A stretch of 64,000 nucleotides of DNA from positions 32,860,001-32,924,000 of the forward strand of contig OZ024754.1 in assembly GCA_964016885.1 (NCBI GenBank), given 5' to 3'. The DNA comes from Eledone cirrhosa (lineage: Eukaryota). The notes beneath the pieces were generated by a model. It ran no database searches and was not told the DNA's origin. It worked only from the letters and a program-made list of their open reading frames with translations. This document shows, piece by piece, positions 46,984-59,373 of the stretch (position 1 is its first letter; the number at the start of each line of letters is the position of its first letter). Position numbers and translations under genes: made by a program.

Positions 46984-46990
<7 letters not shown>
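46697..46990. mobile_element. Fold-back element with a pseudo-LTR-like direct repeat
   Basis: Inverted arms at ~46700-46751 and 46760-46810. The same segment recurs directly at 46944-46990, preceded by CAGAAGA-TCCC(GTTAA)GGGT-GAAAGCG, a degenerate hammerhead core. Confidence 0.65.
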
Positions 46991-47044
<54 letters not shown>

Positions 47045-47046
<2 letters not shown>

Positions 47047-47288
47047 CGTTTCTGAATTTGTTTAGCAAGATTCTTTATCTGAAAACGTGTGTTGAAACCG
47101 ATATTGTTATACTTTGGGAGGGTCATGTTACCAATAAGAAACACACGCACCAGTTGCTTTCACTCCAATTTATTATAACAAAAAAAAATTAAAATTTTTT
47201 TTTTTTAAATTTAGAATAAATTGGAGTGAAAGCATCTGGTGCGTGTGTTTCTTATTGGCAACATGACCCTCCCAAAGTATAACAATAT
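47045..47288. mobile_element. Fold-back element (family F3): 74-bp arms, ~56-nt tail
   Basis: 47101-47174 vs 47215-47288, about 2 mismatches. A mini-copy with the same tail and end lies at 23197-23273. Confidence 0.78.
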
Positions 47289-47710
47289 ATATATATATAT
47301 ATATATATAATAAAATCTAAATTAACGATAACATATATATATAAAGCACGAATAAACGATAACAATAGTAATAACAATAATAATAATACAGAGGACAATA
47401 TGAGAAAGTTCAACCAAAGATTTATGCATTGTATTTATATTATAACATTTGTATACACATTCAATTTTAACACACATTTGTACTGTCTGTCAGTGGTATT
47501 TGTGCCACTGGGCCACCGAGCCACGCTTTCTTGTGGCAATTGTCTGTAGTAGTAGAGTAGTAGTAGTAGTGGTAGTAGTAGTAGTAGTAGTAGTAGTAGG
47601 ATGATGAACACCGCATGTTCACCGCCACTGCCGTTCTGAGCATTTATACCCATTTTCCTTGCTCATTGACTGTCCTCATTTTCATCATCATCATTTTCAT
47701 CATCATCATT

Positions 47711-47745
<35 letters not shown>

Positions 47746-48471
47746 GAACAGCATCGTTTTTACCGCCAAGATCCTGGTATTCATCATGCATGATCATCAT
47801 CATTAACGTTTGTTATTGACATCCTTAGTGCCAATCACACTAAAGACGTCCCTTCGTTTTCGTCTCATAGGGCGGTGCCCCAGCATGGCCTCAGCCGGAT
47901 GGCTGGAGCAGGTAAAAGAGTAAATATGGAGTTTCTGTATGATAGCCATGTCAAGAATCACAGGGAATATCTTTATTAGACATTGGCCAAGAGCGATATG
48001 CTGTTCTTTGAAATATTTATAATCTGTAAGTTGCTCTTACTAATGTCTTTTCTTATCCCCCTCCATCTCCTACACTCTCTTTCTCTCTTCCTTATCTACA
48101 ACAACAACTACTACTATTAAAACCACTATTTCTTATTGTTAAGATTCTCTCCAATTATTTTTCCTTTCTTACTATTGTGTCACTGCCATATTGATGTTTC
48201 TGCTTTTATTTTTTGGGTTTGTTGTTGTTGTTATTATTGTTGTTCATTTTTCTATTGTTGTTGTAGTGTTGTTGTTTGTTATTATTTTTGTTTGTTGTTT
48301 TTTTCTGTTGTTTAGTTTGATAAAAAAAGTTTTTCACACCCATGTTTTATTTTTGCTTTTTATCAATCATGGTTATTATTTAATTACTCACGGACTGAAA
48401 TGCTGGAAAATTTAAAGTATAATTTAAAAAAAAAAATACAGAAAAAATACCAACAAACTAATTAGGTTTAT

Positions 48472-50508
48472 TTATATCATAGAAGATATTTTGTGTAATA
48501 GACTGGTGGCTGAGGAATTAAGGACGAGAGGCGAGAGCAAGGAACGATGACAAGTCAAAGGGTTCTGTGAAAGAAGAGCTGTGGGTCGTGAGAAGAAAAC
48601 CGCGGCAGCTTGGTTTGAAAGGGAGGACTGTGCAGCTGCAGCTGCTAGCATACTGTTCGTGTTCGGAGCTGCATTTGTTAAGTTTGGATGCGAACTATGA
48701 TGCAAGCCTGCACTTCCATTGGCAGTTGGACTGAGTAATCTTCCGCCGAACGAAGAACCTGCAGATGGAAGCGAAGCGCCTTCATGTAGTTTTCGCATGT
48801 GTTTCTTTAAGTCGAAATTCCGACAGAACCCTTTACCGCATATCTGACATGTAAACGGTTTCTTTTCGTTGTGGGTATGCATATGAAAAGTAAGGTTGTA
48901 GATCTGGTGAAAGGCCTTGTTGCATACAGAACATTTGAACTGCTTTTCGGAGCTGTGTGTCAATTTGTGGTTTTTATAGTTACCTTTCTGATGGAATCCT
49001 TTGCCGCAGTACTCACAGACGAATGGCTTGTAACCCTGGTGTATACGCATGTGTGTGTTCAGCGTTGAGCTCCGGTTAAAGGCCTTCCCGCAAGTGTTGC
49101 ATTTGTGAGGTTTTTCCGAGGTGTGTATAATCTTATGACGGCACAGAGTGCTGGCTTGTCGAAAACCTTTACCACATACTTTACATATGAACGGACGAGC
49201 ACCAGTGTGCACAGGCATGTGACGTGTTAGGTTATAGTGGGCATTGAAAATCTTGCCACATTCGGGGCACGTAAACGTCTTCTGTGTTTTTAAGCTGTTT
49301 TTCTTTGCTACCAAAGAACGCCCTGCCATCAGAGAAGAATTACTGCTAGTATTACCAATATTATTCGGTGATACCAAAGCGGAGTCCGGCGAACCGACGG
49401 CAATTGTTGATTTAATACTAGACCTTCCATCATCTCCCTGCTGACTAGAGTTACAAGAACTATTTAAGCTCTCGTGTTGCTTGGAACTCGTTGAGTTCGG
49501 CGTCAAAGACAATGGAAGAGCTGAAGCATCCGGATAAACGTTACTATTTTCGATAATCGATTTTCTCTGCGATGAAGAGCAATGTGCATTTGGTGTTAGA
49601 CTTTGTGGACTTTTCCACACACAACTACCATTCATATTATTACTGTTTACGGAGCACCCGCTGCTTAAACCATTCTCAGATACACCACTGCCGATAATGG
49701 AATCTTTGCAGGCATAACCTCCTACGTCAACAATTAAATTTTTATCGATGGCTGACGAATATCTGGATGCATTGTGATGCAAGCCCTGAAAACCTGTATT
49801 TTTAAACATATTTAGGGATTCGAGGTTTCTGTCTTTTCTGATGGAGTTTGAATTAAATAAAAAGGGATACTGTCTAAGTATTTGTGTTTGGTATTCATTT
49901 ACGTTAGCGTTTCGTGGTAACGGAAACGCTGGATGGAGGTATGGTGCATAAATTACTGGTTCTCTATAATCTGCAGGGTTGCTAATTAAATTTAAGCCTG
50001 CCCGTCGTTGGAGATCTGTATTAAAGAAGATACTTGCATATGTTGACCCATGCATTGACGGGTTAAATACCGACGTTGGAACCCATAGTGAATCGATGTT
50101 TTTTGACTGGGTTTTGTAACCATTATGCCCACTGATTTTAAGAGTGTTATTGTTGTTGCTGTTATTGTTGATGATGCTATTGGTGTTGCTAATGATGTTA
50201 TTGTTAATATTATGATTATTGTTAGAAGAGTTAATGTTGTTGTTTTGGTTGTTGTTAATACACATGCTACTGTTGCTAATGTTCGTATTATGTTGGTTAT
50301 TGTGTAAATGGTGCTGTGGAGATGGATCTTTATTTGTCCGCTTGGACGGTGTAAATTCCATAATTTTCTCAATGGAAAACGTCAGTTCTGCTTTTGAGCT
50401 TTCACTGTTTCTGTTGGAAGGCATATGCCTTGGAAGTTCTTTTTTGATCGAAACAGATGACCGGGGCACATTGACCTCCATATTTCGACCACTAGTCTCT
50501 TCATACAT
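48472..50508 (-). CDS. Fezf: Fez-family zinc finger transcription factor (Fezf1/2, Drosophila earmuff-like), ~678 aa, single coding exon
   Basis: The ORF carries an N-terminal eh1/Groucho-binding motif (LTFSIEKIM) and six tandem C2H2 fingers with the Fez signature ([54 protein letters not shown]...[19 protein letters not shown]). I place the start at ATG 50508 ([11 protein letters not shown]), the first in-frame Met after a splice acceptor. The upstream part of the 752-aa ORF looks like intron/UTR. Confidence 0.93.
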   Translation of the reverse strand: MYEETSGRNMEVNVPRSSVSIKKELPRHMPSNRNSESSKAELTFSIEKIMEFTPSKRTNKDPSPQHHLHNNQHNTNISNSSMCINNNQNNNINSSNNNHNINNNIISNTNSIINNNSNNNNTLKISGHNGYKTQSKNIDSLWVPTSVFNPSMHGSTYASIFFNTDLQRRAGLNLISNPADYREPVIYAPYLHPAFPLPRNANVNEYQTQILRQYPFLFNSNSIRKDRNLESLNMFKNTGFQGLHHNASRYSSAIDKNLIVDVGGYACKDSIIGSGVSENGLSSGCSVNSNNMNGSCVWKSPQSLTPNAHCSSSQRKSIIENSNVYPDASALPLSLTPNSTSSKQHESLNSSCNSSQQGDDGRSSIKSTIAVGSPDSALVSPNNIGNTSSNSSLMAGRSLVAKKNSLKTQKTFTCPECGKIFNAHYNLTRHMPVHTGARPFICKVCGKGFRQASTLCRHKIIHTSEKPHKCNTCGKAFNRSSTLNTHMRIHQGYKPFVCEYCGKGFHQKGNYKNHKLTHSSEKQFKCSVCNKAFHQIYNLTFHMHTHNEKKPFTCQICGKGFCRNFDLKKHMRKLHEGASLPSAGSSFGGRLLSPTANGSAGLHHSSHPNLTNAAPNTNSMLAAAAAQSSLSNQAAAVFFSRPTALLSQNPLTCHRSLLSPLVLNSSATSLLHKISSMI

Positions 50509-50601
50509 TTTAAATAGTTTTATTGGTATAATCGATGAAGAAAAATACTTTTCAATTTCAATTGGTATCTTGTAAAATCTCAGTGGAGAAATTTGAAATA
50601 T

Positions 50602-50630
50602 CTGCAAATAGAAATAAGAAAAAAATGAAA
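50602..50630 (-). other. Probable 3' splice acceptor upstream of the Fezf coding exon
   Basis: The minus strand reads ttttttcttatttctatttgcAG|atatttc (pyrimidine tract plus CAG), 93 nt upstream of the ATG. Confidence 0.6.
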
Positions 50631-50913
50631 ATATTAAACCATTATATATATATGAGCATATATGTGTATATTTAAAAACATATTCAGGATCGATAAATAA
50701 AGTATCAGTAAAGTATTTGTATCGATACAATCAACTCTCCATTTCCACTCTATTTGCGGTCTTGTGCTTATGATAGTAACAGAAAAATATATTTCAGTTT
50801 ATTTAATACTAGCACAAAAGAAGAGAAATTCCCTTCGACAACTCTATCGTGCAACTGTAATATGATTCCTGGTTGGTGAAGATATCCCACTCTTACGCTG
50901 CTAATCTCTTTAA

Positions 50914-51525
50914 CCCTTTAGCATTTAAACCGGCCATATCCGGCCAGAACTCTCTCACCTCTCTCTGTTTAAACCAGCTGTAACTGGCCGCTCATACCGA
51001 CATTAAGGTATTGTTCTCAAAATAAATAACATGAAAATCTCGTACATTCGATACTATGTAAGATAAAGCCTTTACTGTGAAATTACAATTGTATATATAG
51101 AATAATTGTTTCTACTTTTGGCACAAGGCCAGAAATTACCCCAGTGCATTACCGGTACTTTATTGTATCGACCCCGTAAGGATGAAAGGCAAAGTTAACC
51201 TCGGCGGGATTTGAACTCAGAATGGCAAGGGCCGTAACTCTATGCGTCAAAGCATGGCGTCCGACCCTCTACCGATACTGCCAATCCACCGTATATATAG
51301 AATAATTGTTTCTACTTTTTGACACAAGGCCAGCAATTACCCAGTACATTACTGGTACTTTATTTTATCAACCCCGTAAGGATGAAAGGCAAAGTTAACC
51401 TCGGCGAGATTTGAACTCAGACCGTAAAGGGACGTATCTATGCTGGAAAGCATGGCGTCCGACTCTCTACCGATACTGCCAATTCACCGCCCCCGTATAT
51501 ATAGAATAATGTAAATACTAAAGGG
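50914..51525. mobile_element. piggyBac-like MITE carrying a nested SINE tandem pair
   Basis: TTAA-CCCTTTAGCATTTA ... TAAATACTAAAGGG-TTAA. Two minus-strand SINE copies inside are bounded by GTATATATAGAATAAT repeats (51091, 51291, 51495). Confidence 0.8.
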
Positions 51526-52486
51526 TTAAAACAGACAGCCCCACATTGATTCTTCTTCTTATCAAAACGATATCATTTAATCCTTATCTCCATATATTAT
51601 GGTTGGCCGGACCAAACCCGCGTTCCTATAGGATCTAAGTTGGCGTCCCCACTTCCTTTCCTCTCAATTATTCTGGAATCGATAAGATACGTTTCAATAA
51701 TATTCGGAAAACTTGTTCTAGATTATAGAATATAAGACACGTACACCATAAAAATTGACCTTTATCTACATAAGTATTAGAGTTATCGCTTGTACACTCG
51801 TTCATTCATACCTGTACGAATTGAACGTAAAATAGGAGACCATTTTGTTTTATGGCGAAAACATGATATAAAGTGCATGCCCAAGGACGCAGCTCGCCAC
51901 CAAATCTAAGAAACGGAAACATAACCTTATGGTTGTGGTCCAACAACCTAACCACTAGGCCATGTGCTTTCATATAGCCTACAATTCTTATATTTACTAT
52001 ATCCACATTTCAACGAATCAACTGTTCGTTTCAGTTTGACCGGGCAGTCTTTTGTTGTCTGAGTTTTCCGATAATTCCGCTCAATTATCGATCCCATAAA
52101 GTTCCAAATGATCACAGTGAACAACTAATTCAGTGCAGTTCAATAAACATCAAAGCTGTAAAGTTAGAATGGAGAACTGTTGCTATCTGCCAGTCGTTCC
52201 AAATGCTCACAAACATCGTACAAATAAATGTCTTGTTATAACATTTAGGACACCTTTACTTCCACTTCACACGTTCAGTAAATGACATAACACTGTTCAG
52301 TTATTGCTGTCAGTAACTGTTACTAACACCGCAACACATTTTCCTGCTAGATTTAATACGTCACACAGTTCTATATACATTAGATTTATATTAGAAAAGT
52401 CCTTTTAGCAATTCCGAATACACACAAAAACATTTAAATTCCCTTTATATTTATCATTTATTTTTTGTTATCAACATTTGCATCAC

Positions 52487-52960
52487 ACTCACTCCGACCT
52501 GATCAGCGACAAATTTCTACAATTGTTGTAGTACGGATCTGTGAGTAAGCCTCAAACTGCGTTCAATATATATAAAAAGCATATTCGATATGTGTATATT
52601 TGGAGTAGTTAAATGATTTTTCTGCAATATAATTGCTTTAGTTTCAACACTGTCTCAGATCAAGTCACTTAACAGACAAGTAAATTGTGCCTGAAATGAC
52701 TCTTCTGCAATATAATTGCTTTAGTTTCAACACACGGGCTCAGTTTAAGTCAAATGCTGGACAAGTACAAGTCCGAGATTTATCCTAGATCTTCTGATAT
52801 GCACTTCACAGTGCAGAAATATTTCTTATCTAATTGACTACGCTGACAAACGAATGTAAGTTATATTGACCAGTTGAGTCTACTGCTACACCGTGATTGG
52901 CGTGAATGACGAGGGAAACAACCTCCTTCTGTAGGGGAAATCATAAGGGTCTACTAATGA
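52487..52960 (-). promoter_or_regulatory. Candidate Fezf promoter / non-coding first exon
   Basis: Repeat-free stretch upstream of the CDS. It has a consensus donor GGA|GTGAGT on the minus strand at 52487-52495 and a CCAAT box (ATTGG on +) near 52896. Inference only. Confidence 0.3.
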
Positions 52961-53348
52961 GCGCATACGCACCGATGAAATGTGTAATGATATTCACATT
53001 CTATTCTGTGTAAAGTGAGAAAAACTGTTTAAACATTTTTATATACACAGCTAGGCATATGAGTAGAACATTGTAGTAACCGCTATATTAAATACATTAT
53101 ATATACATACATATATATCATATATATATAGGCATGTGGCTGAGGGGTTAGAGAATTGGATTCATAATCTTGGGGTTGTGAGTTCGATTCCTAGACCGGG
53201 CGATGCGTTATGTCCTTGAGCAAGACACTTTATTTCACGTTGCTCCTTCTACCTGGAGTTGCGACCGATAGATAGTACTAGCAACTGGAAAGACCAACGG
53301 AAACATTTTCCTCGGTCCGATTTGACGAAAGTCAGTCGATAAAAATAA

Positions 53349-53382
<34 letters not shown>

Positions 53383-53518
53383 ATGCCGGGTTCAAGGGGG
53401 GGGGGGTAACCGCAGTAAGTGAAATACTCAGTACATAGCAGAGTAGAAATATTTAATATAGAAATGGCCTTCCTAGTGATTTCCTTCGAATGAAACAGTT
53501 CTAGTCCTGTAGAGCCAT

Positions 53519-53560
<42 letters not shown>

Positions 53561-53847
53561 TTACTTATATATATATAAGTATACACACACATATATATAT
53601 GTGTGTGTGTGTGTGAGTGTATGTGTGTATAATCTTTGCTGTGAAAACTAAATGTTTGAGCACATCTTTATATATATATATACACTATATATATATAGAG
53701 AGATATATATAAATATAAATTTACAGATATATATATAATATTAAGGATACTATTTATGGTTATGTAAATACTAAAACTTTTTATAGTTATATATATTTTA
53801 AACCCTACACAGTGAAGGTCAGTAATTTATTACTACCTTATTAACAT

Positions 53848-53888
<41 letters not shown>

Positions 53889-54019
53889 GCAAAAGTTCTA
53901 TTTAAAATTGTTGGGATACAACAAGTAAATATTTTTATAACTGATATAAAGTAATCGACAAGTATTTGGAGTAGATATACGATATTAATAAATGGAAACT
54001 ATATTTATAAAACCATATT

Positions 54020-54084
54020 TATTTCATTATACATATTTCAGGAATACCAAATTAAATTATGGTATGCCTTCATCAGACAAAATA
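54020..54084 (-). ncRNA. Type-I minimal hammerhead ribozyme (family H1, mirror copy)
   Basis: Reverse complement of the 54375-54439 motif, lying in the left arm of the palindrome. Core intact. Confidence 0.72.
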
Positions 54085-54374
54085 CAATATATAACAGTTT
54101 TACAAATAAGCTTTGACGTACCCTATTAAAATGCAACCATTGTTTTTGGAAGTCATCCGGATAGTGAATTGTTTATATAACTTTAATAAGTCATAGTGTT
54201 AAGGACAATTAGAAAAAGACGGAGAGAAAGAAAAAGACGTCTTTTTCTAATTGTCCTTAACACTATGACTTATTAAAGTTATATAAACAATTCACTACCC
54301 GGATGACTTCCAAAAACAATGGTTGCATTTTAATAGGGTACGTCAAAGCTTATTTGTAAAACTGTTATATATTG

Positions 54375-54439
54375 TATTTTGTCTGATGAAGGCATACCAT
54401 GATTTAATTTGGTATCCCTGAAATATGTATAATGAAATA
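54375..54439 (+). ncRNA. Type-I minimal hammerhead ribozyme (family H1)
   Basis: Stem I TATTTTGT, core CTGATGA, stem II AGGCATACCA/TGGTATCCCT, GAAA, self-complementary stem III TATGTA, UA cleavage site, stem I' ATGAAATA. Confidence 0.75.
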
Positions 54440-54485
54440 AATATGGTTTTATAAATATAGTTTCCATTTATTAATATCGTATATT

Positions 54486-54517
<32 letters not shown>

Positions 54518-54868
54518 TATAAATATAAATTTACATATATATATATATAATTCAAATATATATGTATATAGCTATATATCATTAGAGTATCACATAGTAT
54601 TGTGTATATATATATATGAAACATAATATTTAGGAAGCAGTATATACCTGAAGGAGGTATAGTTCTTATTTTCTTCACGGCCATTGTCTCATATCCATTA
54701 TTCATCTTATATATTTTATGATACGGGAAATTAGTATATAACTGTGTTTGTATCACTCTGTTTGTCTTGTCTATATATGATGTATATATATGTTTGTGTG
54801 TGTGTGTATAGGTTTGTATGTATAAATATATTTATATATATATATAAATATATTTATACATACAAACC

Positions 54869-54951
<83 letters not shown>

Positions 54952-54966
54952 ACATACACACATATA

Positions 54967-54999
<33 letters not shown>

Positions 55000-55028
55000 A
55001 TGTGTGTGTGTGTGTGTGTATATATGTG

Positions 55029-55065
<37 letters not shown>

Positions 55066-55560
55066 ATATAGGTTTGTATGTATAAATATATTTATTTATT
55101 TATATATATATATATACATATATATGTGTGTATATATATAGGTTTGTATGTATAAATATATATATATGCATTTATTTAGATTTAGATTTATAGATACATA
55201 TGCACACATATATATGTGCATAAATATATATAGATGTGTTTGTGTGTATATATGTATGTATATATATATATATATTTTTGTATGTATGCATGTATATATA
55301 TATTTATATGTATGTATGTATATATGTATGTATATATCTATGTATGTATGTATATGTATGTATATATCTATATATGTATGTATATATGTATGTATATATC
55401 TATGTATGTATGTGTATATGTATGTATATATCTATATATGTATGTATATATGTATGTATATATCTATATATGTATGTATATATGTATGTATATATCTATA
55501 TATGTATGTATATATGTATGTATATATCTATATATGTATGTATATATGTATGTATATATC

Positions 55561-55591
<31 letters not shown>

Positions 55592-56099
55592 ATATCTATA
55601 TATGTATGTATGTATGTATGTATATATCTATATGTATGTATGTATGTATGTATATATCTATATATGTATGTATGTATATATCTATATATGTATGTATATA
55701 TGTATGTATATATCTATATATGTATGTATATATGTATGTATGTATGTATGTATATATCTATATATGTATGTATATATGTATGTATATATGTATGTATATA
55801 AATATGTATATATCTATATACGTATGTATATAAATATGTATATATCTATATACGTATGTATATAAATATGTATATATCTATATATGTATGTATATAAATA
55901 TGTATATATCTGTTTATGTATGTATGTATATAAATATGTATAAACATCCAGGATACAATTTACAGGTCACTACATCATAAAAAAATAAGATTTTGCCTCT
56001 TATACGTTTCATAATTACATAGAAAGACTTAGCTACGGATTTGACCAAACTCAATCTGAAACATTACTGCACATTAGATATTATATATATATATAATTC

Positions 56100-56279
56100 T
56101 GTGGATTGGCAGTATCGGTAGAGGGTCGGACGCCATGCTTTCCAGCACAGTTACGTCCCTTTACGATCTGAGTTCAAATCCCGCCGAGGTTGACTTTGCC
56201 TTTCATCCTTACGGGGTCGATAAAATAAAGTACCAGTAATGCACTGGGTAATTGCTGGCCTTGTGCCTAAAGTAGAATC

Positions 56280-56285
<6 letters not shown>
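56100..56285 (+). mobile_element. tRNA-derived SINE family A, near-consensus copy
   Basis: GTGGATTGGCAGTATCGG...GAGTTCAAATCCCGCCGAGG...GTCGATAAAATAAAGTACCAG...CTAAAGTAGAATCAATTA. Confidence 0.82.
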
Positions 56286-56317
<32 letters not shown>

Positions 56318-56376
56318 TTATGTAAATATACATACATCTATATATATATTTATATATATATATATATATATATATA

Positions 56377-56675
56377 GGATATTAACAAATGGAAACTATA
56401 TTTATAAAACCATATTTATTTCATTATACATATTTCAAGGACACCAAGTTAAATTATGGTGTAAAACTGATCTATATTATATTTTATCTGATGAAAGCAC
56501 ACCATAATTTAACTTGGTGTCCTTGAAATATGTATAATGAAATAAATATGGTTTTATAAATATAGTTTCCATTTGTTAATATCGTATTTTTACTCCAAAT
56601 ATTTGTTGAGTGCTTTATATCAGTTATAAAAATATTTGCTTGTTGTATCCCAACAATTTAAATAGAACTTTTACA
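56377..56675. mobile_element. H1 fold-back element in (TA)n
   Basis: Inverted arm 56378-56461 pairs with 56500-56584. A full hammerhead and the tail ending TTTTACA-(TA)n follow. Confidence 0.8.
56480..56544 (+). ncRNA. Type-I minimal hammerhead ribozyme (family H1)
   Basis: TATTTTAT-CTGATGA-AAGCACACCA/TGGTGTCCTT-GAAA-TATGTA-TA-ATGAAATA. Stem II shows compensatory changes relative to 54375. Confidence 0.75.
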
Positions 56676-56948
56676 TATATATATATATATATATTTATGT
56701 AAATATATATACATAGGCATATATACATATGTATCTATATATATACACACATTTATGTAAATATATATACATGTGCATGTATATGTATATATACACACAT
56801 TTATGTAAATATATAGATATGCATATATATGTATATACACACACATTTATGCAAATATATATACATATGCATATATATGTATATATACACACATTTATGT
56901 AAATATATAGATATGCATATATATACATATATATTTATATATATATAT

Positions 56949-57083
56949 AACAAAGGAATTGTGGTAAGGAACCAAATGGACCATAACGCACCAGAGTACT
57001 CAATACTTTGTGTAGTAGAGTGGTAGTCCAGAAATAGTCGTCGAAACGGCTTGAGTTCTGCCGTCGGGGTCATACTTTTACCT
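56949..57083. mobile_element. F2-family element in (TA)n (inverted tail plus forward CGAAACGGCTTGAG segment)
   Basis: 56949-57025 matches the reverse complement of 41805-41883, and 57033-57083 matches 41751-41803. Confidence 0.7.
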
Positions 57084-58418
57084 ATATATATGTGTATGTG
57101 TGTGTATTTGTATATATATATATATATATATATACAAATACACACACATACACATACATATATATATATACTATTACACACACACATATATATATATACG
57201 CGCATAAATATATACACACATGCATATATATATACATACACTCATACACACACACACATACACGCATATAAATATATACTCACACACACATGCATATATA
57301 TATATATATATATACCCACACATATACACATACATATATACATTCATCCACACACACATCCACACATACATACACACATACACGCACATATATAGAGACA
57401 GTCACATACACACACACTATCCTCCCTCCGACCTTCTCCCCCTCCATCCGACCTTCTCCCCCTCCCACCGACCTTCTCCCCCTCCCACCGACCTTCTCCC
57501 CCTCTCCCAACCCTCTCCTCCTCCCTCTCCCTCGCTGCCATGTAACCTGTGTAAATTATAACATGGAATAGTTTATCACCAAACACAATACCACATTGCA
57601 TTCTTCTCTGTCCGCCTCTCTCTCCCTCTCTCTTACCTCCTCTCCCCCCTCTCTCTTACCTCCTCTCCCCCCCTCTCTCTTACCTCCTCTACCCCCTCTC
57701 TCTTACCTCCTCTCCCTCTCATCTTCTCTACTTCTTTCTCTCTCTTTCTCCCTCTCCCTCTCATCCACTCTACTTCTCTCTCTCTCTCTCTTCCTTCTAC
57801 CCTCTCAACCTCTCCCTCCAACCCTCTCTACTTCTCTCTCTCTTTCTCCTACACTCTCTCCCTCCAACCATCTCTCTCTCTCTCTCTTTCCCCTGCCCTC
57901 TTTCCCTCTTTCCCCCCTCTCTCTCTTGCCCCTGGCCTCTTTCCCTCTCTCTCTGTTTACCCCCCCCCCACTACTCCCCCTTCTCCCCACTCCCTCCTCC
58001 CCTTCTCCCCACTCCCTCCTCCCCTCCCTCACAGCCATGTAATCGGTGTAAATTATTACACCCACCAGTTCATCACTCATTACACTGCTTACCAATTGAT
58101 GCTGTTTGGTCGCTTAACTGTTTACATGAGGAAATGGCCTTACGCACACACGCACACACCAACACACACACACACACACCAACACACACACGCACGCACG
58201 CACGCACACACGCGCACACGCGCACACGCGCACACGCATACACACACACACACGTATTTATCTATCTATCTATCCTTTTATATTACTCGATTTTATGTAA
58301 ACTCCCCCTTTGTATTTGTCCCTTCTTTTTATGCCTTTATGGTAAATAAAGAAATATATCTATGTATCCTTTTATATCTATCCATCTCTCTATTTATTTA
58401 TCTGTCTATCCCCCCCCC

Positions 58419-58530
<112 letters not shown>

Positions 58531-59119
58531 CCTCTCTCTCTCCTTCTCTCTCTCCTTCTCTCTCTATCCTTCTCTCTCTCCCTCTCCTTCTCTCTCTCTC
58601 TCTCTCTCTCTCTATCCTTCTCTCTCTCTCTCTCTCTATACCGATCTTTCTCCCTCTATTATTTTCCTTGTCTTTCCTACTTTACTTTCCATCATTTTTC
58701 TTAGTCTTTCGTTCTTTTTATCTTTCTTTTCTTTCTATATTCCATTTTCTTATCCTTTCCTCCTCCTTTTATATCTCTTGCTGTCTTTCATTCATTCATT
58801 CTTTCATTCCTTTTTCTTGCTTTCTCTTTTCCTCTCGTGCATTCAGTCGTGCCATCGTCTTGTCACTCCTAACCTTACATCCATCGTTGTCCCCACCCTC
58901 TCTCTCTCTCACTACTACTCCACCACCTCCTTCTCCCCCTCCTCAGTCATTACAACACAGCCGCTGATTTGCCATCACTTTATCTCCCCCGTCATCAACA
59001 TTATCCCATCTATCAACCAGTCTTGTTAGTAATGTACAAACTCCACAGCACTATCACTAGAATCTCTACTACTACTACCACCACCACCACCATTACTACT
59101 ACTATTACTACTACTACTA

Positions 59120-59150
<31 letters not shown>

Positions 59151-59195
59151 CACTACTATTACTACTACTACTGCTGTTACTACTACTACTACCAC

Positions 59196-59234
<39 letters not shown>

Positions 59235-59265
59235 TTACTACTACTACTACCACTACTACTACTGT

Positions 59266-59301
<36 letters not shown>

Positions 59302-59322
59302 CACTACTACTACTACTGCTGT

Positions 59323-59373
<51 letters not shown>

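Larger units (their letters stand above)
53888..54484. mobile_element. H1 fold-back element in (TA)n: 247-bp inverted arms, 16-nt spacer, ~87-nt tail
   Basis: Arms 53975-54221 and 54238-54484 are reverse complements with about 3 mismatches. The tail 53888-53974 matches the tails of the other H1 copies. Confidence 0.85.

Noticed and set aside
50509-50730. 74-aa N-terminal extension of the Fezf ORF
   Set aside because: It starts at a non-ATG codon and crosses a pyrimidine tract and AG acceptor, so it is probably intron plus 5' UTR.
53975-54484. Interpreting the palindromes as MITEs or Foldback DNA transposons with long TIRs
   Set aside because: The arms are asymmetric (one-sided tail), arm length varies within a family, some copies have no overlap at all, and H1 carries a ribozyme.
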